Shown here piece after piece: positions 1-14,240 of a stretch of 64,000 bases of DNA. Location of the stretch: NCBI RefSeq assembly GCF_009914755.1, contig NC_060930.1; one strand, written 5' to 3'. Each line of letters starts with the position of its first letter. Within the stretch, counting starts at the first letter, position 1. The stretch comes from the human T2T-CHM13v2.0 reference genome, Homo sapiens. Under the pieces are notes generated by a model. The model was not told where the DNA came from, made no database searches, and was given only the letters and a program-made list of their open reading frames with translations. Position numbers and translations under genes: made by a program.

Positions 1-2000
1 ACTGTCCATACTAGCTCAGTCACACTGCCCCTGATAACATTTCATGTGGCCATGACAAATTATGGTGAAATTTTCAGTGTCCAATTGGAATGGAAATTGC
101 TAGAAAAAAGCGGTGCCTAAATAATGGTGCAATTCTATTTATTCCATTTCACTAAGAATTACTAAGGGCTTCGAAAACCCAAATCGAAAAAGGAAGCACA
201 TAAACAATGTTCGTATTGGCCATACTAGCTTGAATGTCTCTAATTGTTCTAAGTGGTACAGGTGCTATGAGCTCCTAAGAATATCCCTGTGTTTGAGACG
301 AGTTAACTCAGAGCCTTGGGTTGCTTGCTGTCCTGCCGCACTGCACGAGAAAGGTTAGCAACATAAAGAAATGCAACTTTGCCTACTTCAGGCATTAATA
401 TAAAGAAACCTACGTACAGGCACCCAGAGACACAAAAAGAGAGAGAAAGCTCACCATTCTTGAAAAAGGCAGTTCTGCAGGCTCCACAAACAAGTACACC
501 AGTGAATGGGAATGATAAGAGGAGAACAATTTGGTTACATTCAGAGACCTGGTGGGCAAATGGAAATGGGACAAGCAGTAGAAATTAGGCCAGATCATGG
601 AAGATTTGTTTTGTTTTGTTTTCATGGCATGATACCTGCAAGGCCAGGAAGGCTGAAGCCAGAACACCAATGCAATTAATTAGCAGAAACCAAAAAGTAA
701 TTAATTTAGCACGCCACCATATAGGGCAGAAGCAAATACTGCTGTTTGTAGCCAGGGATGGGGAAAGGATCTAACCACACTCCAGGCACCTCTGCACATG
801 GCACCACAGAGAGAAAGATGGAGGAGGAGTGCAGCCGTACGCTGGGAGTCATCACAATTGTTTTTTTACCGAAAAAAGCAAGTGGGAACAATTGGCCAAA
901 ATAAGCCTGGATTGTAGTAGAAAATTAAGCTAAGAAAGAAAGATCAGGGGACATTGTGATAAAACAATCCACGTAATTTCTATAACATGGATCCATCTTA
1001 ATAAGATGTCCTGAAGTTCAGCATGAGTAAAGTTCCAGGACAGTTCAGGGTTGTCATAGGAAATCTACATTTTTCAAATTAACAGGACTTAAAGATGTTA
1101 CTGTTACTTCAACACTTGGTAAATTTCACTGCAAATATATAAGCCATTTTAAAGGAAAGTATTAGATAATCAAAGAATTCGTTAAGAAAAAGAACAAATT
1201 GAGTGCCCACAATATAAATGGTGGCCCTGCTGCAGATTAGTTCCCGATGCCTGAGATAAGATGCTGGAGGAAATCGCGGCATCATCAATTTAATCCCACA
1301 CAAAATGCAAGCGACCACCTTAGCTTAGTTGCAGTTGTGGTGGGCATGAACTTCACAGGGGCATAATTGAAGGCCAAAATTAAATGCTCTTTATTTCTCT
1401 GTATCTCCGTGTAATGTCCTGATCCTGAGCCCCAGACTGCCTCATGGGTCCAGTAGGGATGCCTCTCAGCAGGTTGTGCATCGGGAGAATTTTGCTGCAT
1501 TGAGCTCCAGGGCTGCTTCCCTGTGTCTCCTCTCCCACTGCTGACCCCACCCCCATCTACTCTAAGCCCCAGCAAATCACCCCAGCACTCCCAGGCAGTG
1601 AGTGGGGGAGGGTGTGTCCCCTCCTCTCTCTGTTTTGGTCCAGCCTATATGTCACAGGGCTTCTTTAAACAGTGACTGGGCCTTTCTGCTGGCCTTCACT
1701 TAACTCTCAGCTCAGCTTGCAGGCACCCTCTGAGACGCAGGCACTGCCCCCTTATAGAATCTGCATAGTGGGCTGCCTAGCCAGGGGGCTTCGTTGTGTG
1801 GCCTTTTCTCTGGCAGGCTTTCAGATTTCCCCCTTCCCCCAAGAATGGAGCCAAGGGGTGGACCCCAACATAGCCTGCTGGCTGCAAAGCTGCACACGCC
1901 TGGAGAGCTGCTGTCCAATGGCAAATGGAAGCAACATTCTCATTGTCTCCACTCTCAGACACCCTCAGATTACTGAGGGAATTCTCTCGTGTGCCCCCTT

Positions 2001-2080
2001 CAACACACAGGCAGACACAGATACACACACACAGACACAGACACACACACACATGCAGACACAGACACACACACACAGAC
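2001..2080. repeat. Imperfect (CA)n/(CAGA) microsatellite
   Basis: acacacaggcagacacagatacacacacacagacacagacacacacacacatgcagacacagacacacacacacagac, read directly. Confidence 0.9.
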
Positions 2081-2789
2081 TACTTGTCATTCTAAACTTG
2101 CCACCTCTGTCCTCAGCATGGGGCCAGTGTGGTGGAGAGGCCTGTTTTGCCTGGCTGTGCCCACAGTCTCATCTCTCCCAACTTAGATTCTTACTAAGAG
2201 TTGGAACTCTTGATTCCTCTGGCCGCTTCTGGCAGCCTCTTCCCCTGGACACACCCTATCTCCCTGCCCAGTGGAGCCGTCGCGTGCAGGTGTGCATCTC
2301 TCACTCCTGCCGGACCAGGCGCTCCCTGGCCCCATCTCACAGACTAAAACATGAGGCTGTTCCTTTGCTTCCGAGTAGTTTGATGTCATTCAACCCAGCA
2401 TGCATTTCCTCTCCACCGCTCTGCTCCCTCCCTGGAGGTGCTTCTGTTCCTACCCGCTGAGGGGCACAGTCAGGAGGTATTTAGTCGGCCTCCCGTCGCC
2501 CTCACCGCACACACAAGACCAATTTGACGGTTGTTTGGGGGCATCCACTCCTGGGGCTCTTGACATTTTCCCCGGGCTCTGCGCCATCAGCGCCCTTTCC
2601 TGCCCCCACTTCACGGGCTCTGTCTCCTCTCCAGGCACCTGCTCTGCAGGGAGGGAGACACCCCCCGTCCTCAAGCTCCACAGGGTCCCGGGTAATTTCA
2701 TCCGTTTCCCTTCCCTATCAGTGGCTCCCAAATCTGTTTTTCTCAAAGTCTGTTTTCCTCTGAACACCAAATCACAGTTTCAACTGTAT

Positions 2790-3590
2790 GTGATACAACA
2801 CCTGAACCTCAGGATGGCCTAAATTGAACTCATTATTGACTTCTCACATCCGCTCCTCCGTTGTATGCCCAACATCCCTCCATAGACTGATCTGTTCGCG
2901 GCCTCTGCTGGAACCTCAGTGTCACCTTGGACGCCACCCTCGCCCACCCTACCCACGCCAGTCAGTGCACCCAGGCCTGTGCAAGTGGCCTGTGAAAGGC
3001 TTCTGTGCTCGCCGCCCGCCTTTCCAGTGGCTCAGGACTGGCCCCATCTCTTTGCAGCACTGCTGAGAACGCCTCTCAACTGAGAGCCCGCGCTCCTCCC
3101 CTCCATGAATGTATCTGCTTTCCACCCCAGACTTCATCATGGTGCTGCAACGTTGACAGCCCCGTCACCTGCAGAACCATCCAAACCCATCGGCAGCACA
3201 CAGAGACCCTGCTGGATTTCCCAGCCCCGAATCCCACCTTTTCTACTTCACCCTCTTTTCTACCTCACTCAGTGGGTTTCCCATCCCAAAGTGGATTCTC
3301 ACCTCCATGGTGTATCAAAGTCCTACTCCTTCTCCCAGGTCCAAAAGAGCTTCTCTGGGGAGGAACCCCAGCATCCCAGGCCATGAGTCAGGACTCTCCT
3401 CCAGCACTGCTGTGACGCGGCACGTGACCCCACCTGCGCACTTAGCACCTCCTGTTACGCGCCTGTCCGCTGATCTGCGCCTGTCATCACGTGAAGAGCT
3501 CCAGGGAGGCCGGGCTTTCTCCCAGTCCCCTTTATATTCCTCGGGTCTAGGGCATGCCTCACACTAAGTCAATACCAAATAAATTGTCCA
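2790..3590 (+). mobile_element. Highly diverged LINE-2 3' fragment
   Basis: aacctcaggatggcctaaattgaactc resembles L2 ctcaacatgtccaaaactgaactc. 3480-3590 (aagagctccagggaggccggg...tatattcctcgggtctagggcatgcctcacactaag...aataaattg) resembles the L2 3' terminus. Boundaries approximate. Confidence 0.55.
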
Positions 3591-6500
3591 CTCTTCAACA
3601 AGGCAGGAAACATGAGGGGAGAGTTAAAAAGTCCCAAAATGAGCATATCTCTTTGAAACACCCCTTACAATATTAGTTTTTAAAATTCTACTTGTTGAGC
3701 TATGTTGGAGTTGTGTGGGTTTATATGAGTATCTTTTCCTACAGGGAACTATGTGATCTGTGCAAATAGAGTCCCCACACACAGGACTGGTTTGCATCAG
3801 AACATCGGGGAGGCAGGAGCCCCAAGTCAACCATTCTTTGTATAGAAAAAGCTCTCCCAAGTCACTCTTTTCTTTGGCATGTGCATAGTCATCTTTTACC
3901 AAATGTTTAGTCAGTATCAAATTCATTTGCTACTGGAAAACCTGTTTTGATGACAGTTGTTGCTAAAAACCTGTACCTGATCAAAATGATTGAGCTTACT
4001 AACTCTAAATTAAGGAGTGTCTATTTAAGCCCCCGAAGCTACAGTAGAAAATCTAACGTCATCTCTTAGAGGTGAGCTTGTTAAAATACTGACGTGATGC
4101 CTTTGTGAGTCCACCGTCTCCTTTATAAGAATCAGGCCACTGATCCTCAGGCCTGAAGGCTCATCTCTTGGGAAATAGAGGTCACACCAAGGGTTTGGTC
4201 CGTGAGTGAGAAGGTCGTCTCCAGCCTAGAAAGGTGAAGACTCTTTGATTCTACAGTTCTAAAGCGTGGCCTAACCGTTTTATTTTAGTGGCCTTTCTCA
4301 CACTTTGTCTAGTTTCATTTTTGTTACATAATCTGCATAAAAATTCCCTCAGTAGTTACAATTGCAGTTTAGTTCATGTCTGACTTGGTGTGTCGTTCTG
4401 TTGTGTTTGAGATCTGAAAAACTGTCGTCATTGCCCATCCAGATAGCATTCAGTAGAGGGGAAAGGATTCCTTTGTACAAAGCAAGCATGGGCTTAGGAT
4501 ATTTCCACATACTATTCATTTGCAGACATTGACTAAGAACAATTAGGAATGTACGCTAGAACGTGAAAAACATCTTTTACATTTGGATCCATCTTGTAAG
4601 TGACCAACATACTTTTCTTTGAAAAAATAGAGCCCATACGTTTGTGGCCTAACAAGACATGAGAGGATAATTGATTAAAATGTCAAAGGTGGTTGGGGAA
4701 TGCTGAGATGGAATGATACTGCAGGAAAGATTTCGCAAAAACAAATTAAAGTGGAAATTACAATTCATGTATAAAGCCCGTTTGTATGATCAAAGCAGGC
4801 ATCATCTGTACTGCTAAGTTCTACGTATAACATAGTTTTGTTAAAGAAAAGTCAGGCATGAGATGGACATAAGGGATTTGCTGACAAATGCATAACAGCT
4901 CTAATGACTAATTTTGGTTTTAGTTAGTGCAATTCTGTAGGTGGACATTTAGCCAGTTTGTTAACATGGTGTTTTAAGAATGTCTTCCAGGACAATTTAA
5001 AAAAAGAGAGAATTATCTTCTCTTACAGAACAATGAAAAACAGAATTATCTTTCAGGGATGGATGTTTATTACATAACCTATTGGAGAATAATGGAAGGG
5101 AACTAGATGCCTTATGCCCAGCTTATTCATTATCTGATACCTTTAAAGGCTGAATGGCATTGCCAATTATTCATTGTGGCAGGGGCTGCCATCAATTTTT
5201 AGCTTACAGATTGCTAGTTTCTCCCATGTTCTCTTCCATGAAACAGCAACATACTCCATTTTGTTCTCTATTTAAAAATTTTACATTGCAGCCCTCCAAC
5301 AAATTAATTCCATTTAGGTTTCTTCGGGAAGAGATACAAATGAGTTTTGTGAAAGTGTACTTAAATGCAGCCATCCAGCCATCAGCATCAACAGGCAGTC
5401 AGCTGTGCCCAGTGCCATGCGCCTGATGCCCGTGACTGACAAGGGCCCGCATTCACTGTCCCGGGCTTATGTGAATGCTGACACACTGGTCACCGCAGGG
5501 CATACTGCTTGTTGCTGCTTAGTTCATGCTTGCACGGGCAGACCCCCAGGTGGCCTGTCATTTATTTCTATAAGCTAGGTCTGGTAACACCACAAAAGCA
5601 GTAACATTCATTTATATGAAGGAGAAGTACATAATCCAAAAATCAGAAAAATTACTTCTGATAGAAGAAACTAGGTTTCAAATGCGGGTCTTAATAATAC
5701 AACTGGATTCCGATTGCATTACATTGGTTTTCTCTTCCAAATAATTGGCAAATGAGGACAAACAGCTCATCCCCATCCTAACAGGAAGGTCTGAATCTGA
5801 AGCCTTACCATCGGTGACTCATTAGGACCCCATTAAGAGCCAGAAAACTTGCCTAAATATAATACAAATCGAATCTTCAATGAGGACTACACATTTGTAA
5901 ACTAAATTTGAAGTCCCCAAACATTTACAAGTACATTTGTTCTTCATAAGTACAGTCGTAAAGAAAAGCCCAGTCAGTGACAGTCAACCTTGAGCAACGT
6001 TGGAATATGAGGTTTGAAAGTGAAAATAGAGGTCGGCGCACAATCTAGTTAGTGCAGAGTTGCATTAGACACAAGTAGTCAGTGACCCCGATGCACGGAG
6101 GAAATTCTGAAGGTTCAACATCTGTCTGAAAATAATCGAAAGGCCCTGCCTAGCAGCACAAGGGACTTTCAAGAATGGGCTTTCTTGTAAATTTTGGATT
6201 TCTTTTCTTAGAGAAGGTAAAAATGACCTGCTTTCTACTTTTCTTCTGATTGGACTGCAATGGCCAAAAATATTTATAAGAATAAAAGTTAACAAAAACA
6301 GTCTAACCCGTCAGTTCAGAACCCTAGTAAAATTTGTTTTGGAGCCTAGAACTAGAATTGGGCAAAAGTGTAGGGCTCTTTCTCTTATACTAAAAAGCCC
6401 ACTCAAATGTTCTGTGAGCCCGCTCCAAAGATAAAGTCAGAAACAACTTAACAACTTCGTCTTCTTTCACTGATTACTTCCCTCGTGTTCTGTCTATTGC

Positions 6501-6799
6501 TGATGATGTCCTGACAAACAGCTCCAAGCACACTCACCCAGTGCCCGTGTGCAGCATGCAGACCACTTGTCACCCAATCCATTTCTGAGGGATGACTGTG
6601 TTCCTGAAACAACTGAAATCAGAAATCCCTTATTTAGCATTTATTAGAATACTGAATTTAAAATATTACATATTATCATTTGAAAAACAAAACAAACAAA
6701 CAAAAAACCTGTTACTTAGATTCAAGTTAAAAGAGGGACTATGTATTCACCCTTAGTCCAGGAGAACAGCTTAAAATATGAGCACCTTTTCCTAAGCCA

Positions 6800-7630
6800 T
6801 TCCACTTAAATGGACACTAGACCTCAAAATTGCAAACAATAAATACATAAATAAAAGCAATAATTAAAAAACTAACTTCACCATCATCCCTTCCCGCCAC
6901 CCCCCAAACCTACTTCCTTCCCAGGCTTCAGATGAAATTTCTATGAATGATCCCACCCAGTCTCATTCCTCAGCTCAGTGTCAAGTTCCAGTGTCCTCTG
7001 ATCTTCCCTTTCTCTGACCCCCACACCTTTATGGCGAGTGGCCCCCCAACGCCACGAGGCCTTTCCCCTTCACTGCTATGGCCGCTTTCTGCACCACCCT
7101 TGGGGGAGGTCACAGCCTCTCTGTGACCTAAGCTCTCTCCTCTCTAAAGAGAAGGCATCCACTTAGGTGGTTTATAGGGTTTCTCCTAGCTCAAGGATCT
7201 TGAGTGTATCGTTGAGCTAAGATACACTCACGAGCTGAGACCTCCTGACTCAGGCACTGTGGCTGCACTCCACCAGGTGACTTATCTGTGGACCACACTC
7301 CACGTGGCCATCTGTGCCTATGCTCTTCCTCCACCCATCCACCAAAATGCCATCTTCTCCACTCCCACTCAGAGCCATGAAGTCCCTCTGCCCCCAGGTT
7401 GTCCAGGATCCTCTCATCTTCCATTTCCAGCCACCTTTTTTCTCTAAACCCTGTAACACTTCATAGGAGTCCCTCCCAATGAAAGCCACACCCCGCCTGG
7501 TGTCTCACACCCCAAAGCAGACTGTAAGCTTCCTGAAGACTGTCCTGCTCCTCAATGTCCCATCCCCTCCCGAACTGACCAGCGGTGCTATCTACGGGGA
7601 AGCACCGGGGCAGTTGTTGTTGAATTGATT
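6800..7630 (+). mobile_element. LINE-2 3' fragment
   Basis: ccccaaacctacttccttccc...tcttccctttctctgacccccacacc, plus an L2-type terminus cagactgtaagcttcctgaag...gttgttgaattgatt. Boundaries approximate. Confidence 0.55.
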
Positions 7631-9335
7631 TCAGTTAATTCAGTTTTTAACTGAATCACACAAAGGATGTCACAAGCTAGCTTTTATAACTAAAGAAAGC
7701 ACAGTTGTGCAGCTGCCTCCAGAGTCTCTGGGGGTTAGAGGGAATGAAATAGGGAAAGTCCCCAGAAGCCAGCTGACTGCTGCTCAAACCAGGTGCAGGT
7801 TGGGAGAAAATCTGTAGTGAATGAAGGAAAATGAAATGCACAGTGGAAAAGAATACCAACATTCTTGCAAAGGAACCTTAAAGTATTATTTTTGCAAAGA
7901 ATGCAAGGATTATTTCAGTTCCCTTGTTGACTATTTTGTATGGTCTTCCTACAGATACTTTCAGAAAAAGATCTATTGTTTGTTTTTCTCTGTGCTGACA
8001 CAGTATCCATTGTTTAGAACTGTAATCATAGCACACATAGTTGAAAATGTGGGCTCGGGGACAAGCTGTATTTTCCCCTCTGGTTCTTTAGACAGTGAAT
8101 ACTGTGTTCTTTATCTCTTATCACAGCTCTTTTGTCAAACATTTAATGATTTTTTCCCCCAGACAAATTTGTAGTTTGTTATCAACCATAAAAATGTCTA
8201 TTGCCTTATTTTTAAACATTTAAACTTTGGTAAGTGTGTCTCAAGATGAGCATGAATTAAGGTGTTTATTTCATTTTAAATACTTTTTTTTATCATAGCG
8301 TACAAAGCTAGAGTTCTCTGACATGGATGGCTTATGTGGATCTCTATTTAGACTTGATGAGAGAACATTTTATTTTTGTACTGTGTGTATTTGCAGGGAA
8401 GATGGTTAGGCTGACTGGCTCCCAGGTTGGGTGTGTTGGGAGCATCTGTCAAGGGTTGGACAGGTGCAGACATCTGTGACATCCTGCAGTAGGCAGCCAT
8501 CACTCGATTTCCTGCTTAAAAAGATCTGACACACTTCTCCACTCCTTGGATCTCCATTTTTTCCAAATGCCCGATACTTCTTACCATTCTACAACCCTTA
8601 AACCGGATCCCAAAGTCTGTGAGAGATAAAAGCCTTTTTTAAACCCAATAAATAGTCACTCTTTGTTGTTCCTGGTTTTAAAATGACAATTTATTGCTTG
8701 ATACAGACATTTGAAGCCTATAATTCAAATGAATATTTATAAAAATAAATTTCAAGCACACTGGCATGTAACTGCAGGGTAATTTTTAAATATTCATTTT
8801 TAAGGTGGTGATAGAGTCTAGAAAAATTTTAATGTGCCACGTTATATTTTATAAATATCCAACTATAGAAATATGCCTTGTGTGCTAATCATTTCCATAA
8901 GGCTTCACTTAGATTGAGAGAGTGAAAATGGGTGTCAGTCTTTCAAATATCCAGAGGAAAAACTTTCATTTTGTTTTAAATTTGTTTTTGAGGGCTGAAT
9001 TTAAACTTAAGACAATGTATGAAGAGTTAAGGTCAGAGTTGGTACTTTCACCACTATTCCATTTGTATTGCTTTAAATTCTCTGATTAAGTGTGGAAAAC
9101 TATCAACAAGGCGATTGTTCCCAGGGGCTGCCCGGCCAGAAATACCGAGACTGACCATTTTTAAGAACCCAGTGCTATGTGCGGAACAGGGCGGCATGGT
9201 GGCCTCCTGAGAACTGGGAGGGAAACACTAAATGAAGACGTGAACACATGGGATTTCTTTCTTTCTTTATTTTTATTAAATAAAAAATATTTTTATTTTG
9301 TTATATTGAACTCGACAAATTTTCCTCAGAGATAA

Positions 9336-9771
<436 letters not shown>

Positions 9772-11169
9772 TAATACTAATCAGATTTGACAACAGATGA
9801 GGCCATCTGTGATGGAGGTTCTGCGCCCGATTACACATTCCCCTGTAGCTCATAGACTCAGTGCTCCTTTCTACAGAGGAGAGATTCCATAGTCAGTGTT
9901 CCTGGGGTTCTGTTTTTACTTTTGAAGTTCCAGAACTTAGTTTCAGTTCTTCCTCTTGATGTCTCTCTTTTGTTCTCTCCCCCTCTCTCCCTCCCTCCCT
10001 GTCTTTTCTCCTGTCTCCCTGTCACCCTCCTTCCCTCCTTTCATATCTTTCTTTCTTCATCTTGTTATTTCCATCTGTCTGCCTTTCCCAAGGCAGGAAA
10101 CCCCGGCGCCTCCAGGCTGGTGGTGTCTGGCTCTGGGCTGCACAAGCCACAGGCCACCTGCCATCAAGCACAGAATGGACTTGACGGGGACCCTGACAGC
10201 CAGTCATTCCTGGGACTAGATAGGGTGCAGCCGGGGTGTCCGAGGTGTTTGTAGTCATAGTGGCATACCTACACTGAAGAGGACAGCTTTTTTGTAAGCG
10301 GTGGTTGCTTCACTCATCAAAATAGCCTATTTGTGAAGGCATCAATGTGCAAGTATTTTGGAGCAAGTAAAATCAGTCCTGGAGATTAGAACATGCAGGC
10401 CTACTGGGCCACAGGAATGGGGCTGCCTGTTGAGACTGGAGTGCAATGCCCCCCAACCCCACGCCTGCTGTTCTTCCCTCTGCTCTTCTCCCTTCCCACC
10501 TCCTTCACTCTCCCCTCCTTCCCCACGCCCCTCCCTCCCTTTTGGTCATCAGTGCACTTTGCAGGCATCAGATATTTGGGGCTCTTCAAGTGCCTCCCCT
10601 CTACATCGGTGTCCACGGGCTTGCTGAACAGTGAGCCTCTCCTCCCTCCTGGGACTGGTCCTCTTCAACTTGAGCCTTGATCTGGAGTCGATGGTAGAGG
10701 GAGTCCACTTCTCTTGACCCCGACTCTCACCATGTCAAAAGGAGGTGATGTTTCCAAAGGTAGCAATTGAAGGAGCCTCTTTATCCCCCCATAACAGAGA
10801 AAGCATCGGGGGTGCCTTGGCCTCTCAGCCACGCTTTGATGATTGGCATTTGATTGTTCTCACATTTCATTATCGTGAACCACTAATAATGTTGGCTAAT
10901 TGTTTATTTCATTTATAATTCCTTAAATCTCCATCTAGTCTTGAAGCTGTTGCATCCAAAGAGAGTGCTGCCAAAGAGAAGTTTAACCACAGGTGCCGCC
11001 CTGACCACACTTCCAAGACTATCTCCTCATGTGGGTTCTCCTTACATCATACATTTGACCGTGAAACCCATGAAGACAGGCGTCCAATGGAGAGGAGTGT
11101 TGGAGGCCTCTTCCCTTTCCACATGGCCCTAGAGCCCAGTGTTTTCAATGTGGTGTGACTCCCTTTTCC

Positions 11170-11790
11170 AGCGGCGAAATCGTTCCCCCGCTTCCCAGAA
11201 GTGTGCTTTAAAGACATTTTGTGATAAGGGAGTGCAGGTAGGAAGGGGTCTAACCTCCCCCAGGGCTCCCTGCGCCTCGGCGGCTGAGGAGGTGGCAGTG
11301 GAGGCCGCCCGACCCCCCTCTCAGCCTCCCTGTGCTGCGTTCCCTGCCCTGCCGGGAAATGGAGATTCTGCGCCTAAAGACACACAGTCACGCTGCTTTC
11401 AAAGTTTCAGTTCCCACGGCCATTCTAAAATGGCCCCTGGAGAGCTCTGGCTTCCTCCTGCGCCCCTTCCCGCGCCCGCCCCTGGGTGTCTCCGCTGGCT
11501 CCCCAGCATCTCCTCCCAGCTCGGGATCTCTCTCACTCATTCCTCCCTCCCTGATTCTCGCCTCCATTCTCCCGCTCTCCAGCAGGGCGCAGCTCCCTCT
11601 TGCTCTTTCTGGAGAAGCAGGGATCCCAGAGACCCCCTACGAGCTGGTTCCCTCCCAGACCCCGTCCCTCCAGTCGCTGGCTCAGTTTCCTTCAGTTTCC
11701 TCCAGCTCATCTCCTGCCCACCTCAAAAGCAACAGGTCCAAGATCCCAATCAGCATTTCTCGCACAGCGTTTCCGCGAGAACGTTCCCTG
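11170..11790. promoter_or_regulatory. CpG-enriched, non-repeat, GC-rich segment; candidate enhancer or promoter
   Basis: About 31 CpG in about 620 bp by manual count. GC box cccgcccc near 11475, TTCCCAGAA (11192-11200), GGAACTGAAACT on the minus strand (11403-11414), TTCTGGAGAA (11607-11616). Confidence 0.45.
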
Positions 11791-12029
11791 ATCATCTAGA
11801 GTTAGGGAAGTAGAACCGTGCCCTGCACATGATAAGCACATGGAGACTCTAATCAATGAGAGCTACTATGATTGCTGCTCACGGACAGCGCCCAACAGCT
11901 CTGTTGTCCCTGCTAATGACACCGTCGTCCCTCCCCTGGTCAACCACGACCCAAATGTTAAAGTGACCTTTCACTCTTTTCGCCAACATGTATCCGCTCC
12001 AAGACCTCTCCTGTCCTAGGGCTACTGGG

Positions 12030-12220
12030 AGCCTTACCTGTGGCCTCACCTTGCTGTGCAGCATTGGGGAGTTGCTGCTCTGCACCTTAGAGATGTCAAA
12101 TGGGAAGAGTGACAGCTACTTCAGCAGGGTTTGAGGCAACATTAGGCAACACAGTGTAAATAAATTACATAACAATCTGCTTGGCACTTAGTGATGGTTC
12201 AATAAATGTTACCTGTTGTC
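12030..12220 (+). mobile_element. MIR SINE relic
   Basis: gtcaaatgggaagagtgacagctacttcagcagggtttgagg...cttggcacttagtgatggttcaataaatgttacc matches the MIR core and 3' end. Confidence 0.6.
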
Positions 12221-12391
12221 GTCGTTGGAACTGTTGACAGAATTCAGTGAGACTTCAGTGATGGTTTCTTGAAAGAGTCACTTATCATATTCTGCAATCA
12301 AAGAAGGAAGAGAGGCCAAGAAATAAACAGATACATGTGCACATGACACAAGACCCAGGGTGAGCAGATGTTCAGAAGACAGAGCTAAAGA

Positions 12392-12553
12392 AAGACTAGA
12401 GAGACAGACAGACAGACAGAAAGACTAGACAGACAGACAGACAAATAGATAAACAGGTAGAAAGAAAGACTAGACAGATAGACAAATAGACAGACAAATA
12501 GACAGGTAGATAGATGGATAGACATGTAGACAGACTAGACAGACAGACTAGAC

Positions 12554-12600
<47 letters not shown>

Positions 12601-12612
12601 GGCGGACAGACA
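12392..12612. repeat. Compound tetranucleotide STR: degenerate GACA/GATA array ending in a pure (GATA)11
   Basis: Uninterrupted GATA x11 at 12555-12598, preceded by agac/agat/actag variants. Confidence 0.95.
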
Positions 12613-12977
12613 GCTTGGTAAATGGGCAAATGATAGAAAATATAAATAAATATATGAAGGAGGGAGAAAACTGAAGCAGAAAAAAAGTAAGAAGAACTCG
12701 TGGTCATTTTACTAAACTTTTAAAAACTTGAACCTAAAATTTTCAAGATAACTTTTTTCTGCCAGGAAAAAATACATATATTAGTAGAATGTGTCAATAC
12801 CTGATTTTTTCCACAGTAAGAGCATTTCCCTTTGAATACAGTCATAACTGGTTCTCCGTTAGTAGTAATCACAGCTCATCTCTGTGGATATTGTTGGTGC
12901 TTTCAGTTGCTCCAGTACACATCTATTTTGAAATCACCTTTAGCTATAAAGGAAGAAAAAAGAAATACCATCTGTAA

Positions 12978-13377
<400 letters not shown>

Positions 13378-14014
13378 GGCTATTTTCTATTCTTATGTTA
13401 AATGTTCTCTCTTTACCTTCCATTTTAAGGGAATTGACAAGGGAGCAATTCAGAGCAGGGGTTATCTTATCTTTCAAAGGAACAGAACTGGCCACATCCC
13501 AGTAGAAAGTAGAAAGGATAGCATCCCTGTCCATGTCAGGAGCACAAAACAAAAAGTACAAAAATTGTGATGTAAACCACTTGAAACTTACAAGGCAGTA
13601 CATAGGGATATAATGACTTCATCATCACTGATGCAAAGAGAGGTTTCTAGATACGTGTTTATCTGTGAGCCCCAGGTCCCCGCTAATCTGTGCTGATGTC
13701 TTGAGGAAAATTGGAGTGAGAGTAAAAACTTTGATTCACTCACATACTTTCCTTTTTCAAGTAGGCATTTCAGTCTAGCCTTGGACATGCATTAACCAAA
13801 CGACTGGAACTAGTTATTCACTAAAGTGACCACAGATTTTTAATATAGTCTGCATCAACTGTTTTGATTATGAGAATTTTACTTCTCTTTTCTTGCTAAT
13901 ATAATGAGTCAAGATAGCTCAGTAAGTTAAAAAATATTCAGAGTTTGATTATTTGTTTATCATTTGTTCAAAAAACACCATCAAATACCTAGATTGTGAG
14001 ATAAATGAGGAAAT

Positions 14015-14240
14015 CATAGCACCATCTCCATACTGCTTATGCATCAGGCACTTGCTCTCAGCACTTTACATGTGTGTGTGTGATTTACAGTTGTGTGAAG
14101 TGGATGGTATCATTGTTCTCACTTTACAAATGATGAAAGTGAGGCCCAGAGATGTTAATTTGCCCAGGGTCACACAGTGAGAACGGGTGGATCGGATGGG
14201 CACCGAGGTTGTCTGGCACCAAGGATCTGTGTTCCTGTTT
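14015..14240 (-). mobile_element. MIR SINE
   Basis: actttacaaatgatgaaagtgaggcccagagatgttaatttgcccagggtcacacag is the antisense MIR core. Confidence 0.8.

Noticed and set aside
1672-2460. Longest ORF (262 aa)
   Set aside because: Non-ATG start, runs through a CA microsatellite (TDTHTQTQTHTH) and has no recognisable domain. A chance frame in GC-rich DNA.
11283-11302. CTCF-like GAGGAGGTGGCAGTG
   Set aside because: It lacks the 5' CC of the core motif; only a partial match.
11139-11813. 224-aa Pro/Ser-rich ORF over the CpG-rich segment
   Set aside because: GTG start and no homology I recognise. Stop-codon scarcity is expected at this GC content, and overlapping frames are also open.
12555-12600. 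Identity with a core forensic GATA STR
   Set aside because: The flanks do not match any forensic primer sequence I recall, so I cannot name the marker or locus without a search.
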